A DNA stretch of 64,000 nucleotides from Eledone cirrhosa (Eukaryota), in NCBI GenBank assembly GCA_964016885.1, contig OZ024760.1:27528001-27592000 (forward strand), given 5' to 3'. Below the pieces are notes generated by a model that worked only from the letters and a program-made list of their open reading frames with translations, made no database searches and had not been told where the DNA came from. A program made the translations under genes and the position numbers. Below are positions 24,246 through 38,628 of this stretch, piece by piece (positions within the stretch are counted from its first letter, which is position 1; each line of letters starts with the position of its first letter).

Positions 24246-24728
24246 GAAGGTGAACTCGGTGTGTAAAGATCCTGTAGCACGCGGAGACTTATTGAGTGTA
24301 GGAGATCGAATATGTTAAGATCCAATTAGTGAAGTGTATCGAAGATCAAAGATTTGAAGAAGTTCAAATAAATGAATGAAGTTCCATAGTGAAGGATGAA
24401 TGAGTGAAAGTCCCAAAACAGGTCGTAAAGATGTGAGTAAAGAAGAACGAGAGAATGAAGGACCTGGCAAAGGAAAGTTCCTTCTTATAAAGATTTTTCT
24501 TCCGAATGAAACTTAGTTTCTCATCTCTTCATTTTTCTTATTCTCCCTCCTCTTCTCTTTCTTTTCAATTTTCAATTGATCCTTCGAAAATCTGGCAATT
24601 TTAATTTTTATTTAATTATCCATCTTTTCCTGTTTATAATACTTTTTTCTTTTTCATAATTTATATTTTCTCCTTTCAAAATTAATTGTCCGTATGTTTC
24701 TGACTATCTGTTCATGTGTGTGAGTGTG

Positions 24729-24760
<32 letters not shown>

Positions 24761-25439
24761 CGTTTGTGTGTGTGTGTGTGTGTGTGTGCGTTTGTGTGCG
24801 TGCGTGTGCGTGTTTGTGTGTGCGTTTGTGTGCGTGCGTGTGCGTGCGTGTGCGTGAAAAGATTTTATGTTTGTGCGTGAAATGATATGTAAAAACAAAT
24901 ATGTGAAAATATGTAAAAATGATATGAACAGATATAAAAAAGATATTAAAAGATGTAAAAACTATATAAAAAGATGTAAAACTATATGAAAATTATGAAA
25001 AGATGTGAAAAATCATAAAAAGATGTAAGAATTATGAAAAGATGTGAAAATACTCCAAATATATTTTTTTCTCCTGGTAAAATTTGTTGTGGAATTGTTT
25101 TATATACTTCCTTGTTTTTCTATTTTCCTTTTGTGATTTTTTTCTGAACGATTTTGTTTGTTTTTTAAAATATATTTTAAATTATATTTTATCTTCCTTT
25201 TTTTCTCTCAATTTCTCGTAAATCAATAAATTATATCGATCTGGTCCCAAGTTTACATTTAATCCCGGTTTCTTTTTATACAATAATAATTATCTGTACA
25301 CACGTGTATATGTGTATATACACACTTATATGTGTATGTATGAGAGCACAGTATGTATACACAATTATATATCTATATGTATATGTACACAGTATATATG
25401 TATATGTTTGAGTACACAGCTTATATATGTATGTGTATA

Positions 25440-25451
25440 TTTGTGTTTACA

Positions 25452-25490
<39 letters not shown>

Positions 25491-25990
25491 GTGTGTGTGT
25501 GTTTACACTCGTGTATATATATAAATATATATATATGTGTGTGTGTTTACACTCGTGTATATATATAAATATATATATATATGTGTGTGTGTGTTTACAC
25601 TCGTGTATATATATATATGTGTGTGTGTGTGTGTTTACACTCGTGTATATATATAAATATATATATATATGTGTGTGTGTGTGTTTACACTCGTGTATAT
25701 ATATAAATATATATATATTTGTGTGTGTGTGTTTACACTCGTGTATATATATAAATATATATATATGTGTGTGTGTGTGTTTACACTCGTGTATATATAT
25801 AAATATATATATATGTGTGTGTGTGTGTGTGTTTACACTCGTGTATATATATAAAAATATATATATATGTGTGTGTGTGTGTTTACACTCGTGTATATAT
25901 ATATAAATATATATATATGTGTGTGTGTGTGTTTACACTCGTGTATATATATAAATATATATATATGTGTGTGTGTGTATGTGTGTGTAA
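25440..25990. repeat. About 40-bp minisatellite GTGTTTACACTCGTGTATATATATAAATATAT..
   Basis: Repeated TTTACACTCGTG anchor. Confidence 0.9.
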
Positions 25991-26254
25991 ATAAATAATT
26001 GTCAGTTCTGACGGTCCGATAGCTGCTCAGCTAAATCTCCGGTGGAATGTCACCAAAAGCGTGCCATTGGGTTGACTGTAGCCTGTCCGGAACCAACTGC
26101 ATCACCCGACACACGAGAGAGCCACCCTTATCAACGCTCGCTGCGCACACGCACACGCTCACGCGCGCACACACACGCGCACGCACGCGCTTGTCGTGAC
26201 GTTTCTCACCTTTCCTTCCGCCTCCAGCCGTTTAACTAACACACTCCTCCCATC

Positions 26255-27105
26255 TCTTTCTCCAACCCCGCCTTGCCACTAACCTCCCCCCTCTATTCCC
26301 CACCCCTCTCTCTCTCTCCAACCCCGCCTTGCCACTAACCTCTCCCCTCTATCTCTCTCTCTCTCTCTTCAACCCCGCCTTGCCACTAACCCCCCCCTCT
26401 ATCTCTCTCTCTCTCCAACCCCGCCTTGCCACTAACCTCTCCCCTCTATCTCTCTCTCTCTCTCTTCAACCCCACCTTGCCACTAACCTTGCCCCCTCTC
26501 TCTCTCCAGCCTCGCCTTGCCACTAACCCCACCCCTCTATCTCTCTCTCTCTCTTTCTCCAACCCCGCCTTGCCACTAACCTCCCCCTCTATCTCTCTCT
26601 CTCCAACCCCACCTTGCCACTAACCTCCCCCCTCTATCTCTCTCTCTCTCTTTCTCCAACCCCGCCTTGCCACTAACCTCCCCCTCTCTCTCTCTCTCTC
26701 TCTCCAACCCCACCTTGCCACTAACCTCCCCCCTCTATCTCTCTCTCTCTCTCTCCAACCCCACCTTGCCACTAACCTCGCCCCCTCTCTCTCTCCAGCC
26801 TCGCCTTGCCACTACCCTCTCTCTCTCTCCAACCCCACCTTGCCACTAACCTCCCCCCTCTATCTCTCTCTCTCTCTTTCTCCAACCCCGCCTTGCCACT
26901 AACCTCCCCCTCTCTCTCTCTCTCTCTCTCCAACCTCACCTTGCCACTAACCTCCCCCCTCTATCTCTCTCTCTCCAACCCCACCTTGCCACTAACCTCG
27001 CCCCCTCTCTCTCTCCAGCCTCGCCTTGCCACTACCCTCTCTCTCTCTCCAACCCCGCCTTGCCACTACCCACATCTCTCCAACCCCGCCTTTCCACTAA
27101 CCTTC
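26255..27105. repeat. Pyrimidine-rich minisatellite (CTCCAACCCCGCCTTGCCACTAACCTCCCC-(CT)n), about 40-50 bp
   Basis: Repeated CCTTGCCACTAACC anchor. Confidence 0.9.
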
Positions 27106-28059
27106 TTCTCTCTCGCTCTCTCTCTATCTTTCTCTCTATCTCGCTAGCTCATTGTCTCTCCCTCTTTCTCTCTCTCCCTCCCTCTCTATCTCTCAATCAT
27201 TGTTTCTTTTTCTCTCTCCCTTTTCTCGATTGATCGCAGTCTCGCTTCATATTTTACTACCGCCGCCGCCTCCACCAAAGCTACAATCGGCTCCGCCCCC
27301 AAAACACCAACCACCGTCACCGAAATCATCACGCCACGACTACGACACCCCTCCACATCTTACCCATCCACCACCACCACCACCACTGCCACAATGCCGT
27401 CGTTACCACCACTACCCCACCACCATTACTGGGGATTGAATGTCAGTCAGTCGCTCAACACTTAATCGCTTCTCCACCCCTCCACCTCCACCCCCTCTCT
27501 ATACACACGGACACACACACGCATGAACAGACAGACACACACACACATACAGACACACAGACACACCCCAAAAACGCACACGACACACAGACACACACAC
27601 ACACAAACAGACAGACAGGCAGACACAGAAACACATACACGCAAACAAGTCTACATATATGAACAGAGACACACACACATACATACATATATGAACAAAG
27701 ACACACATACATATATGAACAGAGACACATATACATACATACATACATATATGAACAAAGACACACATACGCACATATATGAACAGAGAGACAGACACAT
27801 ACATACATACATACATACATACATACATACATGAACAAAGACACACACACACATACGCAGATACACACATATATGAACAGAGAGACAGACACATACGCAC
27901 ACACACATACACAGGCAGACAGACACACACGAACAAATAGATACACACACACACTAGTTGGTTTCAGCAAGTCGAATTGAATTAGCTCTACTCTCACCGG
28001 TATTGAGTACTCTCTCTGGTGTCACTACTACTACTACACAAACACTCACTATATATATA

Positions 28060-28190
28060 TATTCCTGATGATTTCTCACGAATGAAACAGTTCTAGTCCT
28101 GTAGAAGCTTTTCTATATTAAAACATTTATACTCTGCTATGTATTGAGTACCTTACTTACTGTAGTTACTCCCAATTGAACCCAGAATAA
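28060..28190 (+). mobile_element. Family F5 element with a partial hammerhead-like motif; foldback relative at 51871-52067
   Basis: CTGATGA-TTTC tcac GAAT-GAA-ACAGT-T-CTAG, then a tail with GTATTGAGTACCTTACTTACTGT shared with the reverse strand of 51900-51935. Confidence 0.55.
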
Positions 28191-28207
28191 CACATACGCA
28201 CGCACGC

Positions 28208-28267
<60 letters not shown>

Positions 28268-28354
28268 GTAAAAGGTAAACAGAAATAACAACACAATCGG
28301 TACAGTACATGGAAGGGATATATTAGGTTAACGCTTGATATAGCAGGAAGAGGG

Positions 28355-28390
28355 TCTTAACATTTCGGACGCGAGTCCTTCATCAGAAGA
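28355..28390 (-). ncRNA. Minimal hammerhead-like motif
   Basis: Minus strand TCTT-CTGATGA-A-GGAC tcgc GTCC-GAA-ATGT-T-AAGA. Confidence 0.55.
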
Positions 28391-28734
28391 GCGAATGAGA
28401 AATAAGATAGATTGAGGGGACGGGCGGGATGGAATTGGAAAAAAATGTCTTTACATAAAAATAACAGGTCCATTCATGTTGACATCTCTTGTATATATAT
28501 ATTCAATTTGCTATTCTCTTTTGCCTATCTTCTGCACTAAGCCTGTGTTCAACCTAACCCTGTTATGTAATTCTGTCGAAGTCGCCTGATGAGGTCGTCC
28601 TGTCTTGTATTATAATTGGATGATGGAGCTGAGCCATTGAAATATGTAGAGTGATTTAACGGAATTAAAATTTACAGCATATCTTCCAGCCCAGCCTTCT
28701 GTTTATATATATATATATATATATACAATTTTTT

Positions 28735-28885
28735 AAATAACAGATTAAAGTTTAAGCAAAGAATCGCTGCTTTCACCGTTAACGGGATCTTCTGAAACAA
28801 AGAAAATGCAGCTGAGTTTCAGAAGATTCCGTTAAGGGTTGAAGCAGTGATTCTTTGCGTAAACTTTAATCTGGTATTTTAATAT
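28735..28885. mobile_element. Foldback element family F4
   Basis: CAGATTAAAGTTTAAGCAAAGAATCGCTGCTTTCACC..CTTCTGAAAC is inverted relative to GTTTCAGAAG..CTTTGCGTAAACTTTAATCTG, between TA runs. Confidence 0.75.
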
Positions 28886-28886
28886 G

Positions 28887-28926
<40 letters not shown>

Positions 28927-29169
28927 CCTTATCGTGCCCTCTTAGGATTTTAGTCTTCACATTTATTATTATATATATATATATATATTGTTATACTTTG
29001 GGAGGGTCATGTTGCCAATAAGAAACACAGGCACCAGTTGCTTTCACTTCAATTTATTATATATTATATATTATATATTTATTGGCAACATGACCCTCCC
29101 AAAGTATAACAATATCGGTTTCAACACACGATTTCAGATAAAGAATCTTGCTAAACAAATTCAGAAACG

Positions 29170-29206
<37 letters not shown>

Positions 29207-29210
<4 letters not shown>

Positions 29211-29595
29211 AAAATGAGGGTTTTTTTTAGATAAAAAAAACGAGATGTCCTACACGAGTGAAAGTATAATGAAAAAAAATGGAAAATGCAACTGGAGTCT
29301 TTTTAAGGATATTTATTTATTTTCTTTACCGGTTTCACAGTTCTTATGCTTTTGAAAAGTAGAATTGAGATGGAGAGTTTGTCTCGCACAAACCCTCCAT
29401 CTCATTTTTACTTACAAACCACAAACCCTCCATCTTAATTCTACTTTTGAAAAGCATAAAAACTGTGAAACCGGTAAAGGAAATAAATATATATCCTTAA
29501 AAAGACTCCAGTTGCATTTTCCATTTCTTTTCCTTATACTTTCACTCGTGTAGGACATCTCGTTTTTTTTCTTAAAAGAAAAACTCATTTTCTTC
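29207..29595. mobile_element. Foldback element, arms about 175 bp
   Basis: AAAAAACGAGATGTCCTACACGAGTGAAAG... is inverted relative to ...CTTTCACTCGTGTAGGACATCTCGTTTTTT. It contains GAA-ACCGGT-A. Confidence 0.8.
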
Positions 29596-29982
29596 TCAAG
29601 CGTGAACCTAATACCTCACTGTTCGTACTACACTCTTTGTTATTGTTTTTGTTTTTTACTTATATGTTCGGATCTAGCTATCGAAACGGCCGGAACTCAG
29701 CCGTCGGGGTCCTGACTCTTTACCTATATATATATAGTAATAATAAAACTTGAAAACTCTGGTACAAACACTACACTTGTGACAATTATTGACACATAGT
29801 GCTGGGACCATGGTACCATGTGACGACAAGTGCAGAGAGATCTCCAGATATAAAGCAATGCCTGTGCCGTGAAGCTTTTATAGTGAGCAAAGGCACTGCA
29901 CAAAGCCAGTCCCACTCTCTTAACCAAGATGATATTTACCAAAAATAAGTTTCAGAAGATACCGTTAAAAAAAAAAAAATAA

Positions 29983-30013
<31 letters not shown>

Positions 30014-30262
30014 GTTGTTATATAGTAAGGTGTATTATTATTGGTTGTGTCATACGGTCCAATAAACTTTTGTTAGCAATATTAAGTTCTCCACGCTTTT
30101 GTATATCTCCAGTTCCATTTATGGGAACAGCTAGATGATGTAAAACGGAGTATTTGTATGAAAATAAAGATCCGAAGGCATGGTATAAATTTCCAAACAT
30201 GTGTCGTGATTAAAATGATTGGAAATTTATACCATGCCTTCGGATCTTTATTTTGATATATG

Positions 30263-30404
<142 letters not shown>

Positions 30405-30552
30405 AGGCGCGTGGCTGAGTGGTTGGATTCGCAATCGTGGAATTGTGATTTCTATTCCCAAATACAGTATGTCCACTTTATTCCAAGCAGGAAGAGTTCC
30501 ACCACACTCGTTAAGCGAATGAGGTCTGGGAACCTGTCGATCGACTGTCTAC

Positions 30553-30618
<66 letters not shown>

Positions 30619-30654
30619 TATAACAAATACTTTTACTGCAAAACTTATAATAAT

Positions 30655-31075
30655 AATAATGGTTTCTGATTTAGGCACAAGGCCAGCAATTTTGTGGGGA
30701 GGGAAAAGTTGATTAAATCTACCCCAGCGCATTATTGGTACTTTATTCTATCGACCCCGTAAGGATAAACTCAGAACATAAAGGGCCGTAACTTTATGCG
30801 GCAAAGCATAGTATCGGACGCTCTACTGATACTGCCAATTCACCAATCACAACCTCCGAAAGAAATTGTTTAATAAAATAAATATATAATAAATATAATT
30901 GTTTCTACTTTTGGCACAAGGCCAGCAATTACTCAGTGCATTACCGGTACTTTATTTTATCGACCCCGCAAGGATGAAAGGCAAAGTTAACCTCGGCGGG
31001 ATTTGAACTCAGAATGGCAAGGGCCGTAACTATGCGTCAAAACATGGCGTCCGACCCTCTACCAATACTGCCAAA
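30655..31075 (-). mobile_element. Two family-A SINEs
   Basis: Reverse complements of the 3604-3792 consensus at 30655-30845 and 30897-31075. Confidence 0.8.
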
Positions 31076-31319
31076 TAAATATAATATACGTATATATGAT
31101 ATAATAAATATAATATATATATGATATAATAAATATAATATACGTATATATGATATAATAAATATAATATATATATGATATAATAAATATAATATATATA
31201 TGATATAATAAATATAATATATATATATGATATAATAAATATAATATACGTATATATGATATAATAAATATAATATATATATGATATAATAAATATAATA
31301 TATATATATGATATAAGTT

Positions 31320-31339
31320 TCTATATATAAAAACGAAAA

Positions 31340-31374
<35 letters not shown>

Positions 31375-31500
31375 ATGCAGGCGATGCCTTTCCACACTTT
31401 CCATCCGATTTTGTTCAAATGTGATACATAAGTTATTTAGCTCCTGGGGAATGTCAACATATAGTTGAAATCTTTCTCGCCCCTAAAATAGCAGAGTTCT
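31320..31500 (+). mobile_element. Non-autonomous Helitron-like 5' portion
   Basis: TCTATATATAAAA start, (GTCT)n and CCGATTTTGTTCAAA, as in 54070-54960. No CTAG end is seen. Confidence 0.45.
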
Positions 31501-31923
31501 GGGGCTATTTAATGACGGCCTTGTTTAGGAGAGATTGAGGAGTTATTGCCCCTTATCAAGACTGTGTATCCTCTCATCACCTCTACCAACTGGAACTGCT
31601 GAGAATATGTAATATTTTCAAAAGTATGCATAGGCCGATAAGTCTAATTTGCATACCGAGCTATTTTATATGATGAATATAAAATATATAACAAATATAT
31701 ATATATATATAAATATATATATAACGAAGGAAATGTGGTAAGGAACCAGGTGGACCATAACGCACCAAAGTACTCAATACTTAGAGTAGTAGAGTGGGTA
31801 ATAGGAACGAGTATGACCCCGCGGCTGAGCTCAAGCCGTTTCGACGGCTAATTCTGGACTCAATTAGTCCAGGATTAGCCGTCGAAACGGCTTGAGCTCA
31901 GCCGTCGGGGTCCTACTCGTTCC

Positions 31924-31959
<36 letters not shown>

Positions 31960-32069
31960 GTATATATGATATATAATAAATGTATAATGTATAATAACAA
32001 CAACAATATTACATTGACAACAACATATAACCAACAACAGTAACAACAATAATGTCAACTGTCTCAAGT

Positions 32070-32575
32070 TTGTCTTAAGCCATTCAAGGTTCGTTTGACC
32101 GGTGATTATTCCAGTTCCATGGCGTGAAGTGACTAAGAGTACAAGACTCCCCCATTGGACAGGGCGCCAGTCCATCGCAGGGTTAAAACCCCCAGCTATT
32201 GCTGGACTCCCCCTTGGTCAGGACACCAGTCTATCGCAGGGTTAAAACCCCTAATATTGCTGGACCCTCCCTGACACGACGCGAGTCCATCACAGGGTTA
32301 AAAACCCCAGCTATTGCTGGACTCCCCCTGGATACGACGCCAGTCCATCGCAGGGTTAAAACCCCCAGTTATTGCTGGACTCCCCCTGGACAGGACGCCA
32401 GTCCATGGCATGGTTAAACCTCCAGCTATTACTGGTACTCATGTTCCTCTGAGTATACTGGAGCAATGTGAAATGAAGTGTTTTGCTCAAGAACACCACA
32501 CACAACCCGGCCAAGGAATCGAACCCACGACATTATGATCGTAAGTCCAACACTCTTACCACTAGGCCACGTGCC
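32070..32575 (-). mobile_element. Family-B SINE with an internal segment of about 58 bp repeated about 5 times
   Basis: Repeated CCAGTCCATCGCAGGGTTAAAACCCCCAGCTATTGCTGGACTCCCC; tRNA head at 32510-32575. Confidence 0.8.
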
Positions 32576-32632
32576 TCCAACAACAACGAAGCAACAACGA
32601 CAACAACAACACCAAGATCAATATTACAATCA

Positions 32633-32663
<31 letters not shown>

Positions 32664-32757
32664 AACAACGACAATTTCGACAACAACAACAACAACAACA
32701 ACAACAATTTCTAAACCACGACAAACTAAAAACTCTTGGCTACAACATTAAAAAAAC

Positions 32758-32890
32758 CCAGCCAATCAGAGGCCGGCATGTGACCACACGTGGCTGACGT
32801 GATTCAACCAGTCAATCACATTTCACTATAGAATTAAACCACGCCTACTTTAATGTCGTGTTTCCACCAAACCCAGTAACGGCAACCTTA
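32758..32890. promoter_or_regulatory. Cluster of promoter/enhancer-type motifs
   Basis: CCAATCAG, CACGTG, TGACGTGA, CAATCAC, CCACGCCT and GTAACGGCAAC within 130 bp of unique sequence. Confidence 0.3.
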
Positions 32891-32899
32891 TAATTATAA

Positions 32900-33628
32900 G
32901 GAATTCTACTTTAGGAACAAGGCCAGCAGTTTGAAGGGGAGGGGGGGGGGGAGTTGATTAAATCGACCTCAGTACATTACTGGTACTTTATTTTATCGAC
33001 CCGGTCGATAGGAGGAAAAGGCAAAGCTAACCTCGGCAGGATTTGAACCCAGAACGTAAAGGGAGGTAACTGTGCGGCAAAGCATGGTAATAATGTATTT
33101 CTAGTATAGGCACTAGGCCAGCAATTCTGGGGGAGGGGAAAGTCGATTAAACCGATCCCAGTGTATTACTGGTACTTTATTTTATCGACCGCGTAAGGTT
33201 GAAAGATAAAGTTAACCTCGGCGGGATTTGAACTCAGAACGTAAAGGGCCGTAACTCTATACTGGAAAACATGGCGTCTGGCTCTCTATAATAATAATTT
33301 TTTTTCTACTTTTGGCACACGGCCAGCAATTATCTCAGTGTATTACTGGTACTTTATTTTATCGACCCAGTAAGGATGAAAGAAAGCTAACCTCGGCGGG
33401 ATTTGAACTCAGAACGTAAAGGGCCATAACTCTATGTCACGAAGAAGGGTATCCGACGCTCTACCAATTCCTGCCTATCTATCGTAATAATTGCTTCCAC
33501 TTTTAGCACAAGGCCAGCAATTACCCAGTGTATTACTGGTACTTTATTTTATCGACCCCGTAAGGATGAAAGGCAAAGATAACCTCGGTGGGATTTGAAC
33601 TCAGAATGGCAAGGGCCATAACTCTATG
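32900..33628 (-). mobile_element. Four head-to-tail family-A SINEs
   Basis: Four copies of ACTGGTACTTTATTTTATCGAC..GATTTGAAC, each next to an (AAT)-rich junction. Confidence 0.85.
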
Positions 33629-33850
33629 TTGAGTGAGTTTCTTGGTCAGTGTCCAAGTCTCAAACCTGTACAGCAGCAAGGACTCTCCTGTGGCAACGAA
33701 GAGACGGATCTTGAGGTCTGTAAGATCTCAAACTGTGGCCCGCTGCCCAGGCTTTGCCCTTCCTCTCAACCACATTGTTCCCAGACACAGGAAGTCCTCA
33801 ACCAACTCTAGCGGCTTCCCGTCTACGTTCATATATATAAAACATGAGTA
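33629..33850 (-). mobile_element. RTE-like LINE fragment
   Basis: Minus strand ESLLLYRFETWTLTKK resembles the LLYGxETW motif found after the RT domain. Confidence 0.45.
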
Positions 33851-33864
33851 GAAAGAAGAATACT

Positions 33865-34257
33865 GCGTGGTTGCACATGGGTTACATATGATAAAATTAG
33901 TCCTTCGTCAGTGATTTGCCAACCATCATTGGTATTTCATCGCATATGACAAGTAAGTATATTTTGAAACAGTGAGCAGGTTTGAAATTAGAAAATAGAA
34001 TAGCTTTCACCGTATTTTTGACTAAAGGAATTTTAGCCTGATAATGGGGTTTAGAACCCTCAGATAAATGGAAAAGATGAGTATTGACGTACGTTAATAT
34101 TGATGTATTGATGTACGTCAATACTCATCTTTTCCCATTTATCTGAGGGTTCTAAACCCCATTATCAGGCTAAAAATTTCTTTAGTCAAAAATACGGTGA
34201 AAGCTATTCTATTTTCTAATTTCAAACCTGCTCACTGTTTCAAAATATACTTACTTG

Positions 34258-34259
<2 letters not shown>
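33865..34259. mobile_element. Foldback element (arms 33949-34092 / 34111-34258) with tail 33865-33948
   Basis: About 145-bp near-perfect inversion ending in (TA)n. The tail is homologous to 58094-58175. Confidence 0.85.
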
Positions 34260-34313
<54 letters not shown>

Positions 34314-34359
34314 GTAAACAGAGATGAAAAAACAGAACAAATGCTATTATTATTAGTTT

Positions 34360-34532
34360 CAGATCGGTAGAGTCGGACGCCATGCTTTCCAGCATAGTTA
34401 CGTCCCTTTACGGTCTGAGTTCAAATCCCGCCGAGGTTGACTTTGCCTTTCATCCTTATGGGGTCGATAAAATAAAGTACCAGTAATGTACTGGGTAATT
34501 GCTGGCCTTGTGCCAAAAGTAGAAACAATTAT
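34360..34532 (+). mobile_element. Family-A SINE
   Basis: Matches 9740-9926. Confidence 0.85.
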
Positions 34533-34535
34533 TAG

Positions 34536-34580
<45 letters not shown>

Positions 34581-34660
34581 CTCTACGGTTCTTATATATT
34601 TGATATATATTTATCCTTATCGAGCCCTCTTTGGATTTTAGTCTTCACATTTATTATTAT

Positions 34661-34714
<54 letters not shown>

Positions 34715-34717
<3 letters not shown>

Positions 34718-34868
34718 CTTGAGGTTGTGAGTTCGATTCCTGGACCGAGCGATGCGTTATGTCCTTGAGCAAGACACTTTATTTCACGTTGATCCTTCTA
34801 CCCGGAGTCGCGACCGATAGATAGTATTAGCAACTGGAAAGACCAATGGAAACTTTGTTTCCTCGGTC
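34715..34868 (+). mobile_element. Family-B-headed SINE whose 3' part is the monomer of the 65-bp satellite
   Basis: GAGTTCGATTCC B-box and GTCCTTGAGCAAGACAC, then AGATAGTATTAGCAACTGGAAAGACCAATGGAAACTTTGTTTCCTCGGTC. Confidence 0.7.
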
Positions 34869-35033
34869 ACATTTGACGAAAGTCGATCGAATGTCGATAT
34901 ATACAGACACATGCATATATATATATATATACACACGTACATGCATATATACATAAAACATACATAGACACACACACACATACGTATACATACATACATA
35001 CATACATATATATCCATACATGTATACATGCAT

Positions 35034-35066
<33 letters not shown>

Positions 35067-35249
35067 CGCACACACACACACACACACACACATTCCCCCG
35101 CCGCCTCCATCGTACTTCTGGGATCCTCCTTCCCGGTTACACCTCCCACTACACTTCAGTACTCCTCTATGCTCCACTGCGCATGTCAGTAATTATTCAG
35201 GCCACGCCCACTACTATTAGTAGTTGTCATGTTGAAACATCCCTGACAA

Positions 35250-38103
35250 TACATACACATATACAGTCATACATATACACATATACACATATACAGACAT
35301 ACATACACATATACAGTCATACATATAGTCATATACAGACATACATATACACATATACAGACATACACATATACAGACATACATACACATATACAGACAT
35401 ACATATACATATACAGTCATACATATACAGTCATACATATACACAGACATACATTTATATATACAGTCGTACATGTACAGACATACATACACATATACAG
35501 ACATACATACACACATATACAGACATACATATACACATATACAGACATACACATATACAGACATACAGACATACATATACAGTCATACATATACACATAC
35601 AGACATACATATACACATACAGATATACATACACAGACATACATATAGACATACATACACATATACAGACATATATACACATAGTCATACATATACAGAC
35701 ATACATACACATACAGACATATACACATACAGACATACATACACATATACTGACATACATATAGACATACATACACATATACAGACATACATATACACTT
35801 ACATACATACACATACAGTCATACATATACAGACATACATACACATATACAGACATACACATATACAGACATACACAGACATACACATATACAGACATAC
35901 ATATATACAGACATACATATACACATATACAGACATACATATACACATATACAGACATACATACACATATACAGACATACATATACACATATACAGACAT
36001 ACACATATACAGACATACATACACATATACAGACATACTTATACATATACAGTCATACATATACACATACATACATACATATACAGTCATACATATACAC
36101 ATACAGACATACATATACACAGACATATATACACATAGTCATACATATACAGACATACATACACATACAGACATATACACATAGAGACATACATACACAT
36201 ATACAGACATACATATAGACATACATACACATATACGGACATACATATACACTTACATACATACACATACAGTCATACATATACACATACAGACATACAT
36301 ACATATACAGGCATACATATATACATACATACACATATACAGTCATACATATACACATACAGACATACATACACATATACAGACATACACATACAGACAT
36401 ACATACACATATACAGACATACACATATACAGACATACACAGACATACATACACATATACAGACATACATATATACAGACATACATATACACATATACAG
36501 ACATACATACACATATACAGACATACATATACACATATACAGACATACACATATACAGACATACATACACATATACAGACATACATATACACATATACAT
36601 ACATACACATATACAGACATACATACACATATACAGACATACATATACATATACAGTCATACATATACACATACATACATACATATACAGTCATACATAT
36701 ACACATACAGACATACATATACACACACACAGACATATATACACATAGTCATACATATACAGACATACATACACATACACAGACAGACATATACACATAC
36801 AGACATACATACACATATACAGACATACATATAGACATACATACACATATACAGACATACATACACATATACAGTCATACATATACACATACATACATAC
36901 ATATACAGTCATACATATACACATACAGACATACATATACACATACACAGACATATATACACATAGTCATACATATACAGACATACATACACATACACAG
37001 ACAGACATATACACATACAGACATACATACACATATACAGACATACATATAGACATACATACACATATACAGACATACATATACACTTACATACATACAC
37101 ATACAGTCATACATATACACATACAGACATACATACACATATACAGGCATACATATATACATACATACACATATACAGTCATACATATACACATACAGAC
37201 ATACATACACATATACAGACATACATATACAGACATACATACACATATACAGACATACATATACACTTACATACATACACATACAGTCATACATATACAC
37301 ATACAGACATACATACACATATACAGTGATACATATACACATACATACACAGTCATACATATACACATACAGACATACATATACAGACATACATATACAC
37401 ATACAGTCATACGTACACATATACAGACATACATATACACATACATATATATATATACAGTCATACATATACACATACAGACATATATATACACATACAG
37501 ACATACATACAAACATACACATATACAGTCATACATATATATATATATACAGACATACATATACATACAGTCATACATACACAGACACATATACACATAC
37601 AGACATACATGCACATAGTCATACATATACACATACTTACATACATACACATAGTCATATATATATACATACATACACATATACAGGCATACATATACGC
37701 ATACAGACATACATACATACACATATACAGTCATAGATATACACATACTTACATACATACACATATACAGGCATACATATATACATACATACATACACAT
37801 ATACAGTCATACATATACACTTATATACATACATACACATATACAGACATACACATATACATACATACACATATACAGACATACACATATGCATACACAT
37901 ATACAGGCATACATATACACATACATACATACACATATACAGTCATACATATACACATACAGACATTCACATATACACATACTTACATACATACATATAT
38001 ATATATACAAATATACGTGCATACATCCATACAAATATGTGTATAAATATAATTATTTATGTATATATATATATATACATATATCTATGTATATGTATAT
38101 ATG

Positions 38104-38162
<59 letters not shown>

Positions 38163-38438
38163 ATATATATATATATGCACATACATTTATATGTATATAT
38201 ATGCACATATATATGTATATATATATTCACATATGTGTATATATATGCACATACATATATATATATGCACATATATATATATATGCACATACATATATAT
38301 ACACACATACATATATATACACACATACATATATATACACACATACATATATATATATGCACATATATACACACATACATATATATATGCGCATATATAT
38401 ATACACACATACATATATATACACACATACATATATAT

Positions 38439-38490
<52 letters not shown>

Positions 38491-38581
38491 ATACATACAT
38501 ACATATACATACATACATACATATATACATACATATATACATACATACATATATACATACATATATACATACATACATACA

Positions 38582-38617
<36 letters not shown>

Positions 38618-38628
38618 CATACATACAT
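35250..38628. repeat. (ACAT/ACAG/AT)n compound microsatellite
   Basis: Direct reading. Confidence 0.95.

Noticed and set aside
23933-24325. KPSLS / SEGFL pentapeptide-repeat ORFs
   Set aside because: Explained by a 15-bp minisatellite open on both strands; no independent coding evidence.
28578-28660. Hammerhead from CTGATGAG...GAAATATGTA
   Set aside because: Stem I needs a 2-nt offset and stem II pairs poorly; too weak to call.
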